A stretch of DNA of 64,000 nucleotides from Eledone cirrhosa (taxonomy: Eukaryota). A program made the translations under genes and the position numbers. The notes under the pieces were generated by a model. The model saw nothing but the letters and a program-made list of their open reading frames with translations, had not been told where the DNA came from and made no database searches. The DNA lies in assembly GCA_964016885.1 (NCBI GenBank), contig OZ024742.1, forward strand, positions 341,620,001 through 341,684,000. Reading direction: 5' to 3'. Positions 24,901 through 42,900 of the stretch are shown piece after piece. Position 1 is the stretch's first letter. Each line of letters begins with the position of its first letter.

Positions 24901-27900
24901 CAACACCAACAACACCAACAGCAACTACAACACCAACAACACCAACAACACCAACAACACCAATAACACCAACAACACCAACAACACCAACAACACCAAA
25001 AACAACAACACCAACAACACCAACAACACCAACAACACCAACAACACCAACAGCAACTACAACACCAACAACACCAACAGCAACTACAACACCAACAACA
25101 CCAACAACACCAACAACACCAACAACACCAACAACACCAACAGCAACTACAACACCAACAACACCAACAGCAACTACAACACCAACAACACCAACAACAC
25201 CAACAACACCAATAACACCAACAACACCAACAACACCAACAACACCAACAACAACAACACCAACAACACCAACAACACCAACAACACCAACAGCAACTAC
25301 AACACCAACAACACCAACAGCAACTACAACACCAACAACACCAACAACACCAACAACACCAACAACACCAACAACACCGACAACACAGACAACACCAACA
25401 ACAACAACACCAACAACACCAACAACACCAACAGCAACTACAACACCAACACCAACAACACCAACAACACCAACAACACCAACAACACCAACAACACCAA
25501 CAACACCAACAGCAACTACAACACCAACAACAACACCAACAACACCAACAACACGAACAACACCAACAACACCAACAATACCAACAACACCAACAACACC
25601 AACAGCAACTACAACACCAACACCAACAACACCAACAACACCAACAACACCAACAACACCAACAACACCAACAACACCAACAGCAACTACAACACCAACA
25701 ACAACACCAACAACACCAATAACACCAACAACACCAACAACAACAACACCAACAACACCAACAACACCAACAGCAACTACAACACCAACACCAACAACAC
25801 CAACAACACCAACAACACCAACAACACCAACACCAACAACACCAACAACACCAACAACACCAACAACACCAACAACACCAACAACAACAACGCCAACAAC
25901 ATCAACACCAACAACACCAACAACACCAACACCAACAACACCAACAACACAAACAGCAACTACAACACCAACAACACCAACAACACCAACAACACCAACA
26001 CCAACAACACCAACAACACCAACACCAACAACACCAACAACACCAACAGCAACTACAACACCAACAACACCAACAACACCAACAACACCAACACCAACAA
26101 CACCAACAACACCAACAACACCAACACCAACAACACCAACAACACCAACACCAACAACACCAACAACACCAACAACACCAACAACAACAACACCAACAAC
26201 ATCAACAACACCAACAACACCAACAACACCAACACCAACAACACCAACAACACCAACACCAACAACACCAACAACACCAACAGCAACTACAACACCAACA
26301 ACACCAACAACACCAACAACAGCAACAACACCAACAACACCAACAACACCAACACCAACAACACCAACAACACCAACAACACGAAAACCAACAACACCAA
26401 CACCAACAACACCAACAACACCAACAACACCAACAACACCAACAACAACACCAACAACAACAACAGCAACAACACCAACAACACCAACAACACCAACAAC
26501 ACCAACAACAACAACACCAACAACACCAACAACACCAACAACACCAACAACACCAACAACACCAAAACCAACAACACCTACAACACCAACAACACCAACA
26601 ACACCAACACCAACAACACCAACAACACCAACAACGCCAACAACACCAACAACACCAACAGCAACTACAACACCAACACCACCAACAACACCAACAACAC
26701 CAACAACACCAACAGCAACTACATCACCAACAACACCAACAACAACTACAACACCAACAACACCAACGACACCAACAACACCAACAACACCAACAGCAAC
26801 TACAACACCAACAACACCAACAACACCAACAACAACAACACCAATAACACCAACAACACCAACAACACCAACAACACCAACAACAACAACACCAACAACA
26901 CCAACAACACCAACAACACCAACAGCAACTACAACACCAACAACAACAACACCAACAACACCAACAACACCAACAACACCAACAACACCAACAACACCAA
27001 CAACACCAACAGCAACTACAACACCAACAACACCAACAGCAACAACAACACCAACAACACCAACAACACCAACAACACCAACAACTCCAACAACACCAAC
27101 AACACCAACAACACCAACAACACCAACAACAACAACACCAACAACACCAACAACACCAACAACACCAACAACACCAACAACACCAATAACACCAACAACA
27201 CCAACAACACCAACAACACCAACAACAACAACAACACCAATAACAACAACAACACCAACAACACCAACAACACCAACAACAACAACACCAACAACACCAA
27301 CAACACCAACAACACCAGCAGCAACTACAACACCAACAACACCAACAACACCAACAACACCAACAACACCAACAATACCAACAACACCAACAACACCAAC
27401 AACAACAACACCAACAACACCAACAACACCAACAACACCAACAATACCAACAACACCAACAACACCAACAACAACAACACCAACAACACCAACAACACCA
27501 ACAACACCAACAACACCAACAGCAACTACAACACCAACAACACCAACAACACCAACAACACCAACAACACCAACAACACCAACAACACCAACAACACCAA
27601 CAACAACAACACCAACATCACCAACAACACCAACAACACCAAGAACACCAACAAGACCAACAACACCAACAGCAACTACAACACCAACAACACCAACAAC
27701 ACCAACAACACCAACAACACCAACAACACCAACAGCAACTACAACACCAACAACACCAACAGCAACTACAACACCAACAACACCAACAACACCAACAACA
27801 CCAATAACACCAACAACACCAACAACACCAACAACACCAAAAACAACAACACCAACAACACCAACAACACCAACAACACCAACAACACCAACAGCAACTA

Positions 27901-30900
27901 CAACACCAACAACACCAACAGCAACTACAACACCAACAACACCAACAACACCAACAACACCAACAACACCAACAACACCAACAGCAACTACAACACCAAC
28001 AACACCAACAGCAACTACAACACCAACAACACCAACAACACCAACAACACCAATAACACCAACAACACCAACAACACCAACAACACCAACAACAACAACA
28101 CCAACAACACCAACAACACCAACAACACCAACAGCAACTACAACACCAACAACACCAACAGCAACTACAACACCAACAACACCAACAACACCAACAACAC
28201 CAACAACACCAACAACACCGACAACACAGACAACACCAACAACAACAACACCAACAACACCAACAACACCAACAGCAACTACAACACCAACACCAACAAC
28301 ACCAACAACACCAACAACACCAACAACACCAACAACACCAACAACACCAACAGCAACTACAACACCAACAACAACACCAACAACACCAACAACACGAACA
28401 ACACCAACAACACCAACAATACCAACAACACCAACAACACCAACAGCAACTACAACACCAACACCAACAACACCAACAACACCAACAACACCAACAACAC
28501 CAACAACACCAACAACACCAACAGCAACTACAACACCAACAACAACACCAACAACACCAATAACACCAACAACACCAACAACAACAACACCAACAACACC
28601 AACAACACCAACAGCAACTACAACACCAACACCAACAACACCAACAACACCAACAACACCAACAACACCAACACCAACAACACCAACAACACCAACAACA
28701 CCAACAACACCAACAACACCAACAACAACAACGCCAACAACATCAACACCAACAACACCAACAACACCAACACCAACAACACCAACAACACAAACAGCAA
28801 CTACAACACCAACAACACCAACAACACCAACAACACCAACACCAACAACACCAACAACACCAACACCAACAACACCAACAACACCAACAGCAACTACAAC
28901 ACCAACAACACCAACAACACCAACAACACCAACACCAACAACACCAACAACACCAACAACACCAACACCAACAACACCAACAACACCAACAACACCAACA
29001 ACACCAACAACAACAACACCAACAACATCAACAACACCAACAACACCAACAACACCAACACCAACAACACCAACAACACCAACACCAACAACACCAACAA
29101 CACCAACAGCAACTACAACACCAACAACACCAACAACACCAACAACAGCAACAACACCAACAACACCAACAACACCAACACCAACAACACCAACAACACC
29201 AACAACACGAAAACCAACAACACCAACACCAACAACACCAACAACACCAACAACACCAACAACACCAACAACAACACCAACAACAACAACAGCAACAACA
29301 CCAACAACACCAACAACACCAACAACACCAACAACAACAACACCAACAACACCAACAACACCAACAACACCAACAACACCAACAACACCAAAACCAACAA
29401 CACCTACAACACCAACAACACCAACAACACCAACACCAACAACACCAACAACACCAACAACGCCAACAACACCAACAACACCAACAGCAACTACAACACC
29501 AACACCACCAACAACACCAACAACACCAACAACACCAACAGCAACTACATCACCAACAACACCAACAACAACTACAACACCAACAACACCAACGACACCA
29601 ACAACACCAACAACACCAACAGCAACTACAACACCAACAACACAAACAACACCAACAACACCAACAACGCCAACAACAACAACACCAACAACACCAACAA
29701 CACCAACAACACCAACAGCAACTACAACACCAACAACACCAACAACACCAACAACACCAACAACACCAACAACACCTACAACACCAACACCAACAACACC
29801 AACAACACCAACAACACCAACAGCAACTACAACACCAACAACACCAACAACACCAACAGCAACTACAACACCAACAACACCAACAGCAACTACAACACCA
29901 ACAACACCAACAACACCAACAACACCAACAACACCAACAACACCAACAGCAACTACAACAACACCAACAACACCAACAACAGCAACAACACCAACAATAC
30001 CAAAAACACCAACAACACCAACAACACCAACAGCAACTACAACACCAACACCAACAACACCAACAACACCAACAACACCAACAACACCAACAACACCAAC
30101 AACACCAACAACACCAACACCAACAACACCAACAACACCAACACCAACAACACCAACACCAACAACACCAACAGCAACTACAACACCAACAACACCAACA
30201 ACACCAACACCAACAACACCAACAACATCAACAATACCAACAACACCAACAACACCAACAACACCAACAGCAACTACAAAACCAACAACACCAACAGCAA
30301 CTACAACACCAACAACACCAACAACACCAACAACAACACCAACACCAACAACACCAACAACACCAACAACACCAACAACAACACCAACAACAACAACAAC
30401 ACGAACAACACCAACAATACCAACAACAACAACACCAACAACACCAACAACACCAACACCAACAACACCAACAACACCAACAACACCAACAACACCAACA
30501 ACAACACCAACACCAACAACACCAACAACACCAACAACACCAACAACACCAACAACAACACCAACAACAACAACACCAACAACACCAACAACACCAACAA
30601 CAACAACACCAACAACACCAACAACACCAACACCAACAACACCAACAACACCAACAACACCAACAACACCAACAACACCAACAACACCAACACCAACAAC
30701 ACCAACAACACAAACAACACCAACAGCAACTACAACACCAACAACACCAACAACACCAACACCAACAACACCAACAACACCAACAACACCAACAACACCA
30801 ACAACACCAACAACACCAATAACACCAACAACACCAACAACAACAACACCAACAACACCAACAACACCAACAACACCAACAACACCAACAACACCAACAG

Positions 30901-33900
30901 CAACTACAACACCAACAACACCAACAACACCAACAACACCAACAACACCAACAACACCAACAACACCAACAGCAACTACAACACAAACAACACCAACAGC
31001 AACTACAACACCAACAACACCAACAACACCAACAACACCAATAACACCAACAACACCAACAACACCAACAACACCAACAACAACAACACCAACAACACCA
31101 ACAACATCAACAACACCAACAGCAACTACAACACCAACAACACCAACAGCAACTACAACACCAACAACACCAACAACACCAACAACACCAACAACACCAA
31201 CAACACCAACAGCAACTACAACACCAACAACACCAACAGCAACTACAACACCAACAACACCAACAACACCAACAACACCAATAACACCAACAACACCAAC
31301 AACACCAACAACACCAACAACAACAACACCAACAACACCAACAACACCAACAACACCAACAGCAACTACAACACCAACAACACCAACAGCAACTACAACA
31401 CCAACAACACCAACAACACCAACAACACCAACAACACCAACAACACCGACAACACCAACAACACCAACAACAACAACACCAACAACACCAACAACACCAA
31501 CAGCAACTACAACACCAACACCAACAACACCAACAACACCAACAACACCAACAACACCAACAACACCAACAACACCAACAGCAACTACAACACCAACAAC
31601 AACACCAACAACACCAACAACACCAACAACACCAACAACACCAACAATACCAACAACACCAACAACAGCAACAGCAACTACAACACCAACACCAACAACA
31701 CCAACAACACCAACAACACCAACAACACCAACAACACCAACAACACCAACAGCAACTACAACACCAACAACAACACCAACAACACCAACAACACCAACAA
31801 CACCAACAACACCAACAACAACAACACCAACAACACCAACAACACCAACAGCAACTACAACACCAACAACAACAACACCAACAACACCAACATCACCAAC
31901 AACACCAACAACACCAACAACACCAACAACACCAACAACACCAACAACACCAACACCAACAACGCCAACAACATCAACACCAACAACACCAACAACACCA
32001 ACACCAACAACACCAACAACACCAACAGCAACTACAACACCAACAACACCAACAACACCAACAACACCAACACCAACAACACCAACAACACCAACACCAA
32101 CAACACCAACAACACCAACAGCAACTACAACACCAACAACACCAACAACACCAACAACACCAACACCAACAACACCAACAACACCAACAACACCAACAGC
32201 AACTACAACACCAACACCAACAACACCAACAACACCAACACCAACAACACCAACAACACCAACAACACCAACACCAACAACACCAACAACATCAACAACA
32301 CCAACAACACCAACAACACCAACACCAACAACACCAACAACACCAACACCAACAACACCAACAACACCAACAGCAACTACAACACCAACAACACCAACAA
32401 CACCAACAACAGCAACAACACCAACAACACCAACAACACCAACACCAACAACACCAACAACACCAGCAACACGAAAACCAACAACACCAACACCAACAAC
32501 ACCAACAACACCAACAACACCAACAACACCAACAACAACACCAACAACAACAACAGCAACAACACCAACAACACCAACAACACCAACAACACCAACAACA
32601 ACAACACCAACAACACCAACAACACCAACAACACCAACAACACCAACAACACCAACAACACCAAAACCAACAACACCAACAACACCAACAACACCAACAA
32701 CACCAACACCAACAACACCAACAACACCAACAACACCAACAACACCAACAACACCAACAGCAACTACAACACCAACACCACCAACAACACCAACAACACC
32801 AACAACACCAACAGCAACTACATCACCAACAACACCAACAACAACTACAACACCAACAACACCAACGACACCAACAACACCAACAACACCAACAGCAACT
32901 ACAACACCAACAACACCAACAACACCAACAACACCAACAACGCCAACAACAACAACACCAACAACACCAACAACACCAACAACACCAACAGCAACTACAA
33001 CACCAACAACACCAACAACACCAACAACACCAACAACACCAACAACACCAACAACACCAACACCAACAACACCAACAACACCAACAACACCAACAGCAAC
33101 TACAACACCAACAACACCAACAACACCAACAGCAACTACAACACCAACAACACCAACAGCAACTACAACACCAACAACACCAACAACACCAACAACACCA
33201 ACAACACCAACAACACCAACAGCAACTACAACAACACCAACAACACCAACAACAGCAACAACACCAACAACACCAACAACACCAACAGCAACTACAACAC
33301 CAACAACAACACCAACAACACCAACAACACCAACAACACCAACAACAACAACACCAACAACACCAACAACACCAACAGCAACTACAACACCAACACCAAC
33401 AACACCAACAACACCAACATCACCAACAACACCAACAACACCAACAACACCAACAACACCAACAACACCAACAACACCAACAACACCAACGCCAACAACA
33501 TCAACACCAACAACACCAACAACACCAACACCAACAACAACAACAACACCAACAGCAACTACAACACCAACAACACCAACAACACCAACAACACCAACAC
33601 CAACAACACCAACAACACCAACACCAACAACACCAACAACACCAACAGCAACTACAACACCAACAACACCAACAACACCAACAACACCAACACCAACAAC
33701 ACCAACAACAACAACTACACCAACAGCAACTACAACACCAACACCAACAACACCAACAACACCAACACCAACAACACCAACAACACCAACAACACCAACA
33801 CCAACAACACCAACAACATCAACAACACCAACAACACCAACAACACCAACACCAACAACACCAACAACACCAACACCAACAACACCAACAACACCAACAG

Positions 33901-36900
33901 CAACTACATCACCAACAACACCAACAACACCAACAACAGCAACAACACCAACAACACCAACAACACCAACACCAACAACACCAACAACACCAACAACACG
34001 AAAACCAACAACACCAACACCAACAACACCAACAACACCAACAACACCAACAACACCAACAACAACACCAACAACAACAACAGCAACAACACCAACAACA
34101 CCAACAACACCAACAACACCAACAACAACAACACCAACAACACCAACAACACCAACAACACCAACAACACCAACAACACCAACAACACCAACAACACCAA
34201 AACCAACAACACCAACAACACCAACAACACCAACAACACCAACACCAACAACACCAACAACACCAACAACACCAACAACACCAACAACACCAACAGCAAC
34301 TACAACACCAACACCACCAACAACACCAACAACACCAACAACACCAACAGCAACTACATCACCAACAACACCAACAACAACTACAACACCAACACCAACA
34401 ACACCAACAACACCAACAACACCAACAGCAACTACAACACCAACAACACCAACAACACCAACACCAACAACACCAACAACACCAACAACACCAACAACAC
34501 CAACAACACCAACAACACCAACAACACCAACAACACCAACAACAACAACACCAACAACACCAACAACACCAACAACACCAACAACACCAACAACACCAAC
34601 AGCAACTACAACACCAACAACACCAACAACACCAACAACACCAACAACACCAACAACACCAACAACACCAACAACAACTACAACACCAACAACACCAACA
34701 GCAACTACAACACCAACAACACCAACAACACCAACAACACCAATAACACCAACAACACCAACAACACCAACAACACCAACAACAACAACACCAACAACAC
34801 CAACAACATCAACAACACCAACAGCAACTACAACACCAACAACACCAACAGCAACTACAACACCAACAACACCAACAACACCAACAACACCAACAACACC
34901 AACAACACCAACAGCAACTACAACACCAACAACACCAACAGCAACTACAACACCAACAACACCAACAACACCAACAACACCAATAACACCAACAACACCA
35001 ACAACACCAACAACACCAACAACAACAACACCAACAACACCAACAACACCAACAACACCAACAGCAACTACAACACCAACAACACCAACAGCAACTACAA
35101 CACCAACAACACCAACAACACCAACAACACCAACAACACCAACAACACCGACAACACCAACAACACCAACAACAACAACACCAACAACACCAACAACACC
35201 AACAGCAACTACAACACCAACACCAACAACACCAACAACACCAACAACACCAACAACACCAACAACACCAACAACACCAACAGCAACTACAACACCAACA
35301 ACAACACCAACAACACCAACAACACCAACAACACCAACAACACCAACAATACCAACAACACCAACAACAGCAACAGCAACTACAACACCAACACCAACAA
35401 CACCAACAACACCAACAACACCAACAACACCAACAACACCAACAACACCAACAGCAACTACAACACCAACAACAACACCAACAACACCAACAACACCAAC
35501 AACACCAACAACACCAACAACAACAACACCAACAACACCAACAACACCAACAGCAACTACAACACCAACAACAACAACACCAACAACACCAACATCACCA
35601 ACAACACCAACAACACCAACAACACCAACAACACCAACAACACCAACAACACCAACACCAACAACGCCAACAACATCAACACCAACAACACCAACAACAC
35701 CAACACCAACAACACCAACAACACCAACAGCAACTACAACACCAACAACACCAACAACACCAACAACACCAACACCAACAACACCAACAACACCAACACC
35801 AACAACACCAACAACACCAACAGCAACTACAACACCAACAACACCAACAACACCAACAACACCAACACCAACAACACCAACAACACCAACAACACCAACA
35901 GCAACTACAACACCAACACCAACAACACCAACAACACCAACACCAACAACACCAACAACACCAACAACACCAACACCAACAACACCAACAACATCAACAA
36001 CACCAACAACACCAACAACACCAACACCAACAACACCAACAACACCAACACCAACAACACCAACAACACCAACAGCAACTACAACACCAACAACACCAAC
36101 AACACCAACAACAGCAACAACACCAACAACACCAACAACACCAACACCAACAACACCAACAACACCAGCAACACGAAAACCAACAACACCAACACCAACA
36201 ACACCAACAACACCAACAACACCAACAACACCAACAACAACACCAACAACAACAACAGCAACAACACCAACAACACCAACAACACCAACAACACCAACAA
36301 CAACAACACCAACAACACCAACAACACCAACAACACCAACAACACCAACAACACCAACAACACCAAAACCAACAACACCAACAACACCAACAACACCAAC
36401 AACACCAACACCAACAACACCAACAACACCAACAACACCAACAACACCAACAACACCAACAGCAACTACAACACCAACACCACCAACAACACCAACAACA
36501 CCAACAACACCAACAGCAACTACATCACCAACAACACCAACAACAACTACAACACCAACAACACCAACGACACCAACAACACCAACAACACCAACAGCAA
36601 CTACAACACCAACAACACCAACAACACCAACAACACCAACAACGCCAACAACAACAACACCAACAACACCAACAACACCAACAACACCAACAGCAACTAC
36701 AACACCAACAACACCAACAACACCAACAACACCAACAACACCAACAACACCAACACCAACAACACCAACAACACCAACAACACCAACAGCAACTACAACA
36801 CCAACAACACCAACAACACCAACAGCAACTACAACACCAACAACACCAACAGCAACTACAACACCAACAACACCAACAACACCAACAACACCAACAACAC

Positions 36901-39900
36901 CAACAACACCAACAGCAACTACAACAACACCAACAACACCAACAACAGCAACAACACCAACAACACCAACAACACCAACAGCAACTACAACACCAACAAC
37001 AACACCAACAACACCAACAACACCAACAACACCAACAACAACAACACCAACAACACCAACAACACCAACAGCAACTACAACACCAACACCAACAACACCA
37101 ACAACACCAACATCACCAACAACACCAACAACACCAACAACACCAACAACACCAACAACACCAACAACACCAACAACACCAACGCCAACAACATCAACAC
37201 CAACAACACCAACAACACCAACACCAACAACAACAACAACACCAACAGCAACTACAACACCAACAACACCAACAACACCAACAACACCAACACCAACAAC
37301 ACCAACAACACCAACACCAACAACACCAACAACACCAACAGCAACTACAACACCAACAACACCAACAACACCAACAACACCAACACCAACAACACCAACA
37401 ACAACAACAACACCAACAGCAACTACAACACCAACACCAACAACACCAACAACACCAACACCAACAACACCAACAACACCAACAACACCAACACCAACAA
37501 CACCAACAACATCAACAACACCAACAACACCAACAACACCAACACCAACAACACCAACAACACCAACACCAACAACACCAACAACACCAACAGCAACTAC
37601 AACACCAACAACACCAACAACACCAACAACAGCAACAACACCAACAACACCAACAACACCAACACCAACAACACCAACAACACCAACAACACGAAAACCA
37701 ACAACACCAACACCAACAACACCAACAACACCAACAACACCAACAACACCAACAACAACACCAACAACAACAACAGCAACAACACCAACAACACCAACAA
37801 CACCAACAACACCAACAACAACAACACCAACAACACCAACAACACCAACAACACCAACAACACCAACAACACCAACAACACCAACAACACCAAAACCAAC
37901 AACACCAACAACACCAACAACACCAACAACACCAACACCAACAACACCAACAACACCAACAACACCAACAACACCAACAACACCAACAGCAACTACATCA
38001 CCAACAACACCAACAACAACTACAACACCAACAACACCAACGACACCAACAACACCAACAACACCAACAGCAACTACAACACCAACAACACCAACAACAC
38101 CAACAACACCAACAACGCCAACAACAACAACACCAACAACACCAACAACACCAACAACACCAGCAGCAACTACAACACCAACAACACCAACAGCAACTAC
38201 AAGAACAACAACACCAACAACACCAACAACACCAACAACACAAACAACACCAACAGCAACTACAACAACACCAACAACACCAACAACAGCAACAACACCA
38301 ACAATACCAACAACACAAACAACACCAACAACACCAACAGCAACTACAACACCAACACCAACAACACCAACAACACCAACAACACCAACAACACCAACAA
38401 CACCAACAACACCAACACCAACAACACCAACAACACCAACACCAACAACACCAACACCAACAACACCAACAGCAACTACAACACCAACAACACCAACAAC
38501 ACCAACACCAACAACGCCAACAACATCAACAATACCAACAACACCAACAACACCAACAACACCAACAGCAACTACAACACCAACAACACCAACAGCAACT
38601 ACAACACCAACACCACCAACAACACCAACAACAACACCAACACCAACAACACCAACAACACCAACAACACCAACAACAACACCAACAACAACAACACGAA
38701 CAACACCAACAATACCAACAACAACAACACCAACAACACCAACAACACCAACACCAACAACACCAACAACACCAACAACACCAACAACACCAACAACAAC
38801 ACCAACACCAACAACACCAACAACACCAACAACACCAACAACACCAACAACAACACCAACAACAACAACACCAACAACACCAACAACACCAACAACAACA
38901 ACACCAACAACACCAACAACACCAACACCAACAACACCAACAACACCAACAACACCAACAACACCAACAACACCAACAACACCAACACCAACAACACCAA
39001 CAACACCAACAACACCAGCAGCAACTACAACACCAACAACACCAACAACAACAACACCAACAACACCAACAACACCAACGACACCAACAGCAACTACAAC
39101 ACCAACAACACCAACAACACTAACAGCACCACCACCAACAACACCAACACCACCAAAACCAACAACACCAACAACACCAACAACACCAACACCAACAACA
39201 CCAACAACACCAACAACACCAACAACACCAACAACACCAACAACACCAACGGCACCACCACCAACAACACCAACAATACCAACACCAACAACACCAACAA
39301 CACCAACAACACCAGCACCAACAACGCCAACAACATCAACATCAACAACACCAACAACACCAACACCAACAACACCAACAACACCAACTGCAACTACAAC
39401 ACACACAACACCAACAACACCCACAACACCAACACCAACAACACCAACAACACCAACACCAACAACACCAACAACACCAACAGCAACTACAACACCAACA
39501 ACACCAACAACACCAACAACACCAACAACACCAACAACACCAACAGAAACTACAACACCAACACCAACAACACCAACAACACAAAAACACCAACAACACC
39601 AACAACACCAACAGCAACTACAACACCAACAACACCAACAACACCAACAACACCAACAACACCAACAACACCAACAACACCAACAGCAACTACAACACCA
39701 ACACCAACAACACCAACACCAACAACACCAACAACGTCAACAACACCAACAACAACACCAACACCAACAACACCAACAACACCAACAACACCAACACCAA
39801 CAACACCAACAGCAACTACAACACCAACAACACCAACAACACCAACAACACCAACAACACCAACAGCAACTACAACACCAACAACACCAACAACAACTAC

Positions 39901-42900
39901 AACACCAACAACACCAACGACACCAACAACACCAACAACACCAACAGCAACTACAACACCAACAACACCAACAACACCAACAACACCAACACCAACAACA
40001 CCAACAACACCAACAGCAACTACAACACCAACAACACCAACAGCAACTACAACACCAACAACACCAACAACACCAACAACAACTACAACACCAACACCAA
40101 CAACACCAACAACACCAACACCAACAACACCAACAACACCAACAGCAACTACAACACCAACAACACCAACAACACCAACAACACCAACAACACCAACAGC
40201 AACTGCAACACCAACAACACCAACAACACCAACAACACCAACAACACCAACAACAACAACACCAACAACACCAACAACACCAACAACACCAACAGCAACT
40301 ACAACACCAACAACACCAACAACACCAACAACACCAACAACGCCAACAACACCAACACCAACAACACCAACAACACCAACAGCAACTACAACACCAACAA
40401 CAACACCAACAACAACAACACGAACAACACCAACAATACCAACAACAACAACACCAACAACACCAACAACACCAACACCAACAACACCAACAACACCAAC
40501 AACACCAACAACACCAACAACACCACCAACACCAACAACACCAACAACACCAACAACACCAACAACAACACCAACAACAACAACACCAACAACACCAACA
40601 ACACCAACAACAACAACACCAACAACACCAACAACACCAACACCAACAACACCAACAACACCAACAACACCAACAACACCAACAACAACACCAACACCAA
40701 CAACACCAACAACACCAACAACACCAACAACACCAACAACACCAACAACAACACCAACAACAACAACACCAACAACACCAACAACACCAACAACAACAAC
40801 ACCAACAACACCAACAACACCAACACCAACAACACCAACAACACCAACAACACCAACAACACCAACAGCAACTACAACACCAACAACACCAACAACACCA
40901 ACACCAACAACACCAACAACACCAACAACACCAACAACACCAACAACACCAACACCAACAACACCAACAACACCAACACCAACAACACCAACACCAACAA
41001 CACCAACGACATCAACAATACCAACAACACCAACAACACCAACAGCAACTACAACACCAACAACACCAACAGCAACTACAACACCAACAACACCAACAAC
41101 AACACCAACACCAACAACACCAACAACACCAACAACAACACCAACAACAACAACACCAACAACACCAACAATACCAACAACAACAACACCAACAACACCA
41201 ACAACACCAACACCAACAACACCAACAACACCAACAACACCAACAACACCAACAACAACACCAACACCAACAACACCAACAACACCAACAAGGACAACAA
41301 CACCAACAACAACACCAACAACAACAACACCAACAACACCAACAACACCAACAACAACAACACCAACAACACCAACAACACCAACACCAACAACACCAAC
41401 AACACCAACAACACCAACAACACCAACAACACCAACAACACCAACACCAACAACACCAACAACACCAACAACACCAACAGCAACTACAACACCAACAACA
41501 CCAACAACACCAACACCAACAACACCAACAACACCAACAACACCAACAGCAACTACAACACCAACAACACCAACAACATTAACAGCACCACCACCAACAA
41601 CACCAACACCACCAAAACCAACAACACCAACAACACCAACAACACCAACACCAACAACACCAACAACACCAACAACACCAACAACACCAACAACACCAAC
41701 AACACCAACAGCACCACCACCAACAACACCAACAATACCAACACCAACAACACCAACAACACCAACAACACCAACAACACCAGCACCAACAACGCCAACA
41801 ACATCAACATCAACAACACCAACAACACCAACACCAACAACACCAACAACACCAACTGCAACTACAACACCAACAACACCAACAACACTAACAACACCAA
41901 CACCAACAACACCAACAACACCAACACCAACAACACCAACAACACCAACAGCAACTACAACACCAACAACACCAACAACACCAACAGCAACTACAACACC
42001 AACACCAACAACACCAACAACACCAACACCAACAACACCAACAACACCAACACCAACAACACCAACAACACCAACAGCAACTACAACACAAACAACACCA
42101 ACAACACCAACAACACCAACAACACCAACAACACCAACAACACCAACAGCAACTACAACACCAACACCAACAACACCAACACCAACAACACCAACAACAT
42201 CAACAACACCAACAACAACACCAACACCAACAACACCAACAACACCAACACCAACAACACCAACAGCAACTACAACACCAACAACACCAACAACACCAAC
42301 AACACCAACAACACCAACAGCAACTACAACACCAACAACACCAACAACAACTACAACACCAACAACACCAACGACACCAACAACACCAACAACACCAACA
42401 GCAACTACAACACCAACAACACCAACAACACCAACAACACCAACAACACCAACAACACCAACACCAACAACACCAACAACACCAACAGCAACTACAACAC
42501 CAACAACACCAACAACACCAACAGCAACAACACCAACAACACCAACAACACTACCAACAACACCACCAACATCAACAACACCAACAACAAGAACACCAAC
42601 ACCAACAACACCAACAACACCAACAGCAACTACAACACCAACAACACCAACAGCAACTACAACACCAACAACACCAACAACACCAACAACAACTACAACA
42701 CCAACACCAACAACACCAACAACACCAACACCAACAACACCAACAACACCAACAGCAACTACAACACCAACAACACCAACAACACCAACAACACCAACAA
42801 CACCAACAGCAACTGCAACACCAACAACACCAACAACACCAACAACACCAACAACACCAACAACAACATCACCAACAACACCAACAACACCAACAACACC

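Noticed and set aside
21827-39424. 5,865-aa Val/Gly ORF and the many poly-L/V or C/W ORFs on the minus strand of the satellite
   Set aside because: Antisense and alternative-frame readings of a 9-bp repeat with no protein-like complexity.
39590-41582. Gln/His-rich C-terminus of the 6,562-aa ORF
   Set aside because: The same repeat read in a shifted frame after a 1-bp loss; not a separate domain.
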